Assembly: GCA_040954595.2 (NCBI GenBank)
Contig: CM082589.2
Span: 4,850,213 to 4,914,212 of the forward strand
Source: Balanoglossus misakiensis
Taxonomy: Eukaryota > Animalia > Hemichordata
Direction: 5' to 3'
Length of the DNA stretch: 64,000 nt
Positions within the stretch are counted from its first letter, which is position 1; every line of letters starts with the position of its first letter. The position numbers and the translations under genes were made by a program. Below, piece by piece: positions 49,909 through 64,000 of this stretch. The notes beneath the pieces are model-generated. The model did no database searches. It had not been told where the DNA came from and saw only the letters and a list, made by a program, of their open reading frames with translations.

Positions 49909-51411
49909 GGCTCGATATTTCCCTGTAATAAACAAAAAATGAACGCCTTCACACGCCAATCCTTTTAAATGTTTAGGGCAGATGATGTGCACTTGAGCTG
50001 AAACTGTTCAGTAGCATCAAAAACTGAGAACTGAGGACACCACACACATCTGGAATTCTGAGGCCAATGTAGAAACTGGAATACTTGACGGGGTGGGACA
50101 AAAATAACGCAACTTACTGCACAATATGATCCACACCGCGCCGTGTTAAAGATCCGATACCAGTCGCGTGTCGTCGACGAGAACCAATTTCAAACCACTG
50201 CTATTAGAGGTGGTCACACCTAGTACTGGAGTCTGTGTGGCATCATGACCATTGAATCTCGATGACGCGTGTAAAGACTTGCACAACGTACTTCCGTTTC
50301 ACTTCCCATATTAGAATTGGGATCAGAAAAGAAACAAAGCGTTGAATCTCTGAAAACAATATCTTTGCTGTTTATTGTGTGGTGTATTACGTCTTTTGGC
50401 GAGACCATAAGTGCATGCGCAGTAGACAGAAGTGTTGTGAGCGGCGAACAGGTGGTTAGATAATAAAAAAATAATGACTTCCGTTCTTTTCTGTCATATG
50501 CAAGGCATAAAGTTAAATCATTATGCAAGCATTTTTGCGCCTATGTGTGCCGCAATAAGTTGGCCGCAACGATACGAATATATTAGATAGTGTACATGTA
50601 TACGGTTTTGTATATAGTCGCAACTTGATGTTTACTGAGGCAGCAGGACAATGAAGCCTTGTCGAGGGGGTTTTGTGATGGAAGGGATGTCCACAAGTTC
50701 AAAAAGACTGATGGAATTTTCGAAAAGTCTTTAAAAATGCACTGGAAAAATCCAGAAAAAAAACTTTTTTTCTGTCGTCGTCATTGTGAATAAGCAGCAC
50801 ATGTTTATACAGAAAATAATTGAGACGATAACTGTGGCAATGTGGCACAAGAGGTGTATTTCAATAATGTTTGGACTGATTGAAGTCAGTTGTAGAGATA
50901 TGCGACGTCTTTAGCTTTGGTTTGTCTGTCATGTTAGCCTTCTACTTAGGGGCATCGGCAGATGGCAGCCATGGAACTATTCAGTCTAAGTATATAGAGG
51001 GATATCACGGAAAAGATAATTACTAATACATTTACACACACATACATACATACATACATGTATGATATAAGAGGCAAAAGTAAGCATTCAAATGATCACT
51101 TTTATTCCATATGCATGTACATATGTGTTAAATACAATTCAAATCAAATAAAGAAACAACCAAGAAGGTCAGCTTTGTGCACTACACTACAAACACCGAC
51201 AATGCGTTATAAAACATTTTCACTGTGTATTCGGAGGAAAACTTCCCACACAACGACAACAAAACTATGTGATCTGAAAGGAAAAAAGAAATAGGTGTTA
51301 GTTCATACATGAGGCAAATGATTGTGAAATTTGGCGGCTCAGTCAAACCTCAAATAAAGAGTACAGTACACTAATATGAAGAGGTTGAGCAGCTACTCAC
51401 ACAGATAAAGG

Positions 51412-51835
<424 letters not shown>

Positions 51836-52284
51836 TGCTGCTGGTTACCTGCAACGAGAGCAGTTGCGGTGTGTGATTGCATGTACGTGTAATGCGTGAC
51901 CTTCATTGACCCCATTTTACTGACCCACTTCGAACAGCAACACCAATCGGAATAGATCATATTCTAACGTAACAGTAAACAGAAGAATGAAACCAAATCA
52001 TAACACTCAAAAGAGCAACACGCGTGAAAAAGAGTAACATATTTCGAGAGTTTTACATAGTCAAACGAGGTAATTGGACATGATTTTTGGATTGAATTTG
52101 AAGGCCAGTGGATACGATTGTACGTGTGAACTGACCCATCGACAAGACACATTGACAAGGAGTGTGAACTGATGATAAAGTGTGTGAACCCGTAAACTGA
52201 TTCTGTTATAGAATCCACTTGCCGTTGACCACAGAAAAAGCTGACGTCATAATTTTGAAACCCATTCAGCTCTTTAAAAAGTTA

Positions 52285-52365
52285 TTGTACTTACAATTTT
52301 CCAGTTTTCGTAGCCAAGCAAGTACTAAGTAAAATGGCGGATGCCGGTTGACACATGCGCAGCAG
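52285..52365 (-). promoter_or_regulatory. Candidate COX6C promoter and non-coding first exon
   Basis: Minus-strand donor GTAAGT (+ strand acttac, ~52290); AAAATGGCGG (YY1) at 52331; CATGCGCA (NRF1-like) at 52354. Confidence 0.5.
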
Positions 52366-53324
52366 AGATACCCACAATGCACCGGAATGGGTCAAAGCGA
52401 AGCAAACGCACAGAGAAGTACATATGGGGGGAAAAAGGAAATTTTCGCCATCGCTCATTGCTCCAGAACATTTCTCCTTTCTTCTGCAATATCTGTGCTG
52501 TCATCAGTTTCCTTTACGACCCTCCATTGTACCCCGGGACATGCCTGGGACGGGGCATAACCAGGGCGCCCTCTACGTCAATAAGCACGCTGGGGTCAAT
52601 TACTTTGTTTATGTATTTGTTTACAGAGCATTGCATCCTGGTCTTGTCAATACTGTCCTAATGATTTCTCTGTTAATACACTATCTTTACTGTAAAAACA
52701 AAATATGTAGACTTGAGCCCAGGCACTGGTAAAACTGCTTCTTTGCCTCAAAATGAATTGACTATTCAAAAAAGAAATCTGTCTATTTTCTAGCTTCGTC
52801 ACACTCTTGGCATCAAATACATAAACCCATTTTCTACAAATATGTCACATAGACCATACAGAAATATATATAATTGATTTTATTTACATCATTCACGGTA
52901 TTTGTACAAATTGTCAATAAGAAAAACAGTGAAATAGATTGTAGGAACTTTGGAAAAAAAATTTGAATCGGTTACATCAGGTTGCTATGTCGTATGCCAT
53001 GCAGTAAAGCCCAACATCTGAGAATCTTTGATTGTTTCTTTCTTGGATTAAAAATTGTAAAGTTCACCCGTAGAGCAAGTCAAATTATGACTATTGTACA
53101 TTATCAAACAATGTGATTCAAAATGTCTCTGATTACACAGGGTTCTGCAACAGCCTAGCTCAAGCCACTTGAAATGTACACTTGGATATTTACATTAAAA
53201 AGTCTTAACATCTGCATGAAAAATGAAGCTTTATAATAATAAAAACCTGTCAATTTTTATTTATGAAGTTGGACGGCATAAAATCAGAACAAAAAACTAT
53301 CAGCAGAACCCATATCTGATTTTT

Positions 53325-56300
53325 CTATATCGTAATCGTTAGTTTTCCTGATTTCAACTCATGTTTGTACGTCTTTGCTTCCCTCTTTCCGTCCTTTGAT
53401 GAACCATCCACAGTTTCACCAGCCGCTTTCCTCTCCTGCATGTCTTCAATTTCTTCAATTGTAGCCGTTGCCTGTGTTGCATAAAAACAAACAAAATAGA
53501 GACCATTTGGAATGCAGTACAACCTGTTTAAACCAGACACCAAAGGGAGTGAAGAAATTGTTCAGTTTGCAGAGGTGTCCAGTTTATAGAGGTCCTTTTA
53601 ACATCTGGTTCTATGTCAAAGGGACAGGAAAACTTCACAAAATTACCATCGCTGCTCAGCAAATACATGTAACATGAGGCAGGACCACATGAGCCTGGCC
53701 AACCACTTGCCAGGGTTGAATCAGAACAGCACCACACACATGCATTGGTGACACTTGGTATGACTCTCTGCCCTTTAACCTTTGAACCCTGATGACCCCT
53801 TACATCGCACGGGGTTCACATTAGAACTCACCCAGACATAGAAGACGGCAGCGCCGGCACTGGTATCCCTGACTTCGTCCAAATCGAACTCGTCCAGCAG
53901 AGCCTTCGCTCGTTTCGCCATCTTGGCGTCCACTTTGCTGATGTCACACTCGAGTACGCGTCGTTTCAGGCCTTCTTTGCCGGTCTTGCCAACCAATGCC
54001 TGCATTCTCTTCCACTCCTTCGAAAAAAACATACAAACAAGATGTATGATTTTATTTTGTTGACAAATCACACCAAACGCAGAGTGAGGTAAACTCATCC
54101 ATGAAGAGGAAAATCACCTGCTGAATGAGCAAATGGCAACAATACACATTGTAGCGTTGAGGTCTTATATAGCTGTGACGTCTGCTACATGGAACTTCTT
54201 TGGCTAATTTTCCACAGTCTCAATTTTTCCTAGATTATAATAACCTTGACCTCTCACCTTGGTTTCCTTCTCTGGCACACCGAGCATCAGGTATGTACCG
54301 ATCATCACCTGGTGCACCACTTTGGGTGGTTTCTGATAGCTACGGATTTCGGCCACGGTGGACTGTTTCAAGTTCATGATCTCGTCGCGCAGTCTCTTCA
54401 AACGCTTCAGCCTCAACAACATCTTGTTGGCTTCGATCATCCTGTGCGGCAGATGCACATCAAAGCCCTTCTTCTTGACGAATGCGATTCCTTTGTCCAG
54501 ATCTTCAAGATTTCGTCTCTCCATGGCGTCACGCAACACTGTACGCAGAAATAAAGTGATGTGCAGTTAGTCAATAGCAGTCACATCCTCACCGAAAGCA
54601 ATTTTTTTTTCCTTCAAAATTTCCCAGGATCATTCCATTGCTATGGTCAACAAATAAAGCCTAGTCTGTTTTACAGAACTTTCGAATCGTAGTCACATTT
54701 TTCTTTGGGGGGAAGGGGGGACACTACAGAGTATGTGGTTCACACTTATCACTTACTGTCGTCTGCATCGTGTACAGCCAGAATGCGTTCCCCTTTGGCC
54801 AGGTCCCCATCATCGTCTGACAGTTTGGCCAGTTTGAATTCCTTGACGGACCATTTAATCTTCTCTCTGTCTTTGTCCTTGATGGCCAGCTTGAGTTGCT
54901 TTCGGATTCGGTTGTTCTTGGCCCCTGTGGGATAAAGTGGACTGTTACAGGCGAACTGACACACAGGAAGTGTCTGATCTGAGTCACACGCCCGTACAAG
55001 GCTGTCTCAAACTTGAGGTACTTACGTCTGGCTTTTTCTTTAGCTTTCTTCTCCTCTTCTTCTGCCTGTTTTCTAGCAGACGCATCTTTGGCTGCCAAAG
55101 CAGCTTCTCTGGCTTTCTTGGCAATTTCTTCTGCTTCTTTCTCCTTTAAAACTGCATCCTGTTAAAATACACAACCAAAGTTAAAAGTTTTTATTTGTAA
55201 ATTAGGGTCACATACTCGACGTTAATCACAATGCAGAGACGTTTGATGGGAGTTTTCAGCTGTCTTAGTGCCTATGCAGACAGACAGACAGACAGAAAGA
55301 CAGACAGACAGACTGTGGAACAGCTTGGCCCCTGAGCATTAGCAAAGAATCTAAAAACCATTTGTCATTTGACACTCAACCACCATGGCTTGGCACAAAA
55401 TCCAGCCGTATTTATGACAAAGCTTGACCTCTCACAAAGGGAATCAAGGTAAACAGTTTAAAATAATAAAACAATCTGTTGGATTGAACGAATCACCTCA
55501 GTTTCTTCTTCAATGTTTTTCACCCGTTCAGCTTCTAGTCTCTCTTGTTCTTCCAGGGCCTCAGCACGTCGTCTCAATTCTCGCTCCACTTCCAAAGCAT
55601 CCTGTACTTCCTCAATCTCAATACCACGATCTCTCTCCTTCTCCTGCAGAATTCGCCGCTGTCTCTCCCTCTCCTCTGCTTCCAGTCTTCCACGCTCTGA
55701 ATCAGAGGGAGATTGACGAAACTATTATGCTCTATGACTGGATGTGAAGTCATGGTATTTATAAATTAACGTTTTAACTACAAAACAACCTACAATACTC
55801 TGTAATACAACACCACAAAACATTTGTCGTATTGTCACACATCCTGACCAATTCTGAAATTTCATACACACCTTCTTCCTCTTGAAGTTTCTCAAACTCG
55901 AGTCTTTCTTTTTTCTTTTTCTCTTCTTCCCCCTTCCTTCGTCTGTCTTCCTCATCTCGTTGTCTCTTGATGAGGTCTTGCTGCTCTTTTCGTTCTTCTT
56001 CTAGTTGTCTCCTTGCTAGCTCCTTGGCTCTTTCCTCGGCCTCTTTCTTCTCTTTCAGTCTTCTGAGTCTCTCTGTGATGGAGTTACAAATATGGAATAT
56101 GAAATATGCCCGCTAAAAGTTTGCATGTTATGTGTAGAATTGGGGTGTACCCATTGCTAACTATGCCTAGAGTACATGACCCACACAAAACTTAAGATAT
56201 CAGTCAGCACTCTGTTTGCAAGCCTGTTCATTTATGCCAGTGGCTATGTCAATAACAAAGTCACATACCTTCCCTCTCTCTGTCTTCTTCCACCTTCTCC

Positions 56301-57254
56301 AGCAGGAGTTCCTCTCTGCTGGGGATGTTGCACAGGTCCACTTCTATCTCAGCGAACGAAACCCGGCTTCCGGGCACCGGTCTGTTGCGCAGGAACTTCT
56401 CCCACTTTCTGACGGAAAACAATTCCCCGTGCACCGATTCCAGCATAAACCTGGGAATGACGAAGTGAATCATTTGAGTTGTGTTGGCACCGATTTCCAC
56501 TATTTATGAAGAGGGTGAACTGAAAACTTTCATGATTTCACTAAAAAGTCATCTGGAACATCTATAATTCACATAGTAATTTCTATTTTTCCCTTTGAAT
56601 TTTTTTAAGGGAAGTGACATTTGAGGCAGATTTATGATATTACCCTTAATATCATAATTCCCAACCAGATTATATTCAGTAGATCATTAGACTATGCAAA
56701 AGGGATGAAAGGGTATTTTTTTTAGAGGAAACGGTCAGACAAACTCTGGGTGTTCTCATTACCTTGCCTGATCTTCTGTAATGGTATCAACTTGTTCTCT
56801 GTCTAACAGGGAGAACTCCCACTTGAAGTCTTGCAGCAGATGGTATCTACGGTCCATTTCTTGAAGAACATAGAATAGCTCACTGGGATCACATGTGTCG
56901 CTTGCACACGTGTAAGCCATCGATGCATATACCTACAAAAGATAATTGCTATGTTTACACCTGGTAATTGATTAGTCCCTATTTAGCAATCACAACTGGA
57001 TGACACACGATTTCCTGAAGGTATTTCACTTATCAGTACAAGGGACAGAAATATTTGTTTCATTAATTGGTCCCATCAATCTCTTTATGTGTTATTGTGT
57101 TCGTACATCTCACCTGTGCAATGCTAATGCCTCCCATTCTTATGCCTCCATGCAGTGACTGCAACTCGTACACGGTTAATTCTCCCTTCATGCCCACATC
57201 ATGGAGCCTAAACATTTGATCCAACACCGCATTTCTTCTTTGTATCTCCCCCAT
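53325..57254 (-). CDS. Uncharacterised 602-aa protein: EF-hand-like N-terminus, long E/K/R-rich helix, C-terminal dynein MTBD-like domain; exons 57254-57114, 56932-56763, 56450-56269, 56072-55872, 55696-55497, 55158-55026, 54924-54757, 54538-54258, 54017-53832, 53471-53325
   Basis: Ten GT-AG exons join in one open frame (1809 nt); in-frame stops lie upstream of ATG 57254; EF-like loops FRLHDVGMKGELTVYEL and FSLLDREQVDTITEDQA; C-terminal LKQSTVAEIRSYQKPPKVVHQVM...W...SAGAAVFYVW. Confidence 0.88.
55277..55313. repeat. (CAGA)n microsatellite
   Basis: cagacagacagacagacagaaagacagacagacagac. Confidence 0.85.
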
Positions 57255-57764
57255 TGTATCTATAACAACCTCTGTGTCACTCCAGTTCTAGTAATTGAGT
57301 TTCTGGTTTCTTGCCCTTATACTGGATATGCATCACTACATAAACAAAAACAAAACAACAACAAGAGGTTAAAGAATAAATTTATAAACTCATTTGGATG
57401 CAAGAATGCCTTGTATGTAAACAGGACAATATTTACTAGGTTGTTTTGTAATACATGTATTAGCAGATACCTCACTGGCTGCAATTGTAGCCAATACTGC
57501 TTGGTAGGGCTGTGAACACACCATCAACCTAGCAGCACCCGCTACAATCACTGCAGCTCATACTTCACATGAACTTTAATAGTTGTCTGAAACCCCACCT
57601 GTTGTTGACAACGCGATCATAAGGGAAAGTGACAGACGTCCCTGGGTTACATATGTCATAACACTGCATTTCGGAAAACATTACATTTGCTAAACATATG
57701 TTGAAACTAGATGAAAACATGTTGAAAGTCATACGCTGTTTTGATCATTCCAAGTGTTACTTAC

Positions 57765-58196
57765 CGGACTGGGATGAGTTATTTCATGAATGTCTGGGAC
57801 AACCGGTGTGTAATGTTGATCCCATCTTGAAAATAGATACATTGACGTCATAGAGGGAGTGGGGAATTTTTGATCTGTAGGTTCGTCAGTCTAAGTGGAA
57901 AATGAAATGTTTTTTTTTTCGTATTCAATTATAGATAATAAAAAGTAATGTAATTATATAAATGTATTTATTGCCTAAAAGTGTGCAAATAAATAATGAT
58001 AGGTCATGTAAAATAAAATTTACAAATTCTTTTTTCTTTTTCGAAAACACGGTCTAAGCGTATAGCCGTCAGGATTTTCCAACATGGCGGTGCAGAAGGA
58101 GGGATAGTGTTGTTTTCCTGCATTCGCATATATGATTTGAAATCAAAAACGGGAAGACTTCTAGTTTCTTGTGTGACGATCGCCGAAGTGACCGAG
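57765..58196. promoter_or_regulatory. Candidate bidirectional promoter between the EF-hand gene and FAM91A1
   Basis: Minus-strand UTR exon donor at 57764 (GTAAG), palindromic CRE TGACGTCA at 57843, and CAACATGGCGG (YY1-like) at 58080; head-to-head ATGs are <1 kb apart. Confidence 0.5.

Positions 58197-64000
<5,804 letters not shown>

Overview
Eukaryotic (metazoan) genomic DNA with GT-AG introns; the gene content suggests a marine invertebrate deuterostome such as an echinoderm or hemichordate (inference). 1-17.6 kb has no recognisable coding exon and is probably a large intron of a neuropeptide-type GPCR, whose last two exons lie at 17.6-19.6 kb. 23-32.6 kb is a repeat-rich block: an 86-bp satellite, a 46-bp satellite with higher-order structure, long hairpins, internal duplications and a hidden chain of small spliceable exons. 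36.8-64 kb is gene-dense. It contains a CHST-type sulfotransferase, an HNMT-like methyltransferase, a secreted/GPI-type KynB-cyclase hydrolase, a small single-pass membrane protein tail-to-tail with a Zn alcohol dehydrogenase, COX6C, a 602-aa EF-hand/charged-helix protein ending in a dynein-MTBD-like domain, and the 5' part of FAM91A1. Exon models were built by hand from splice sites and reading-frame phase; no database searches were run.
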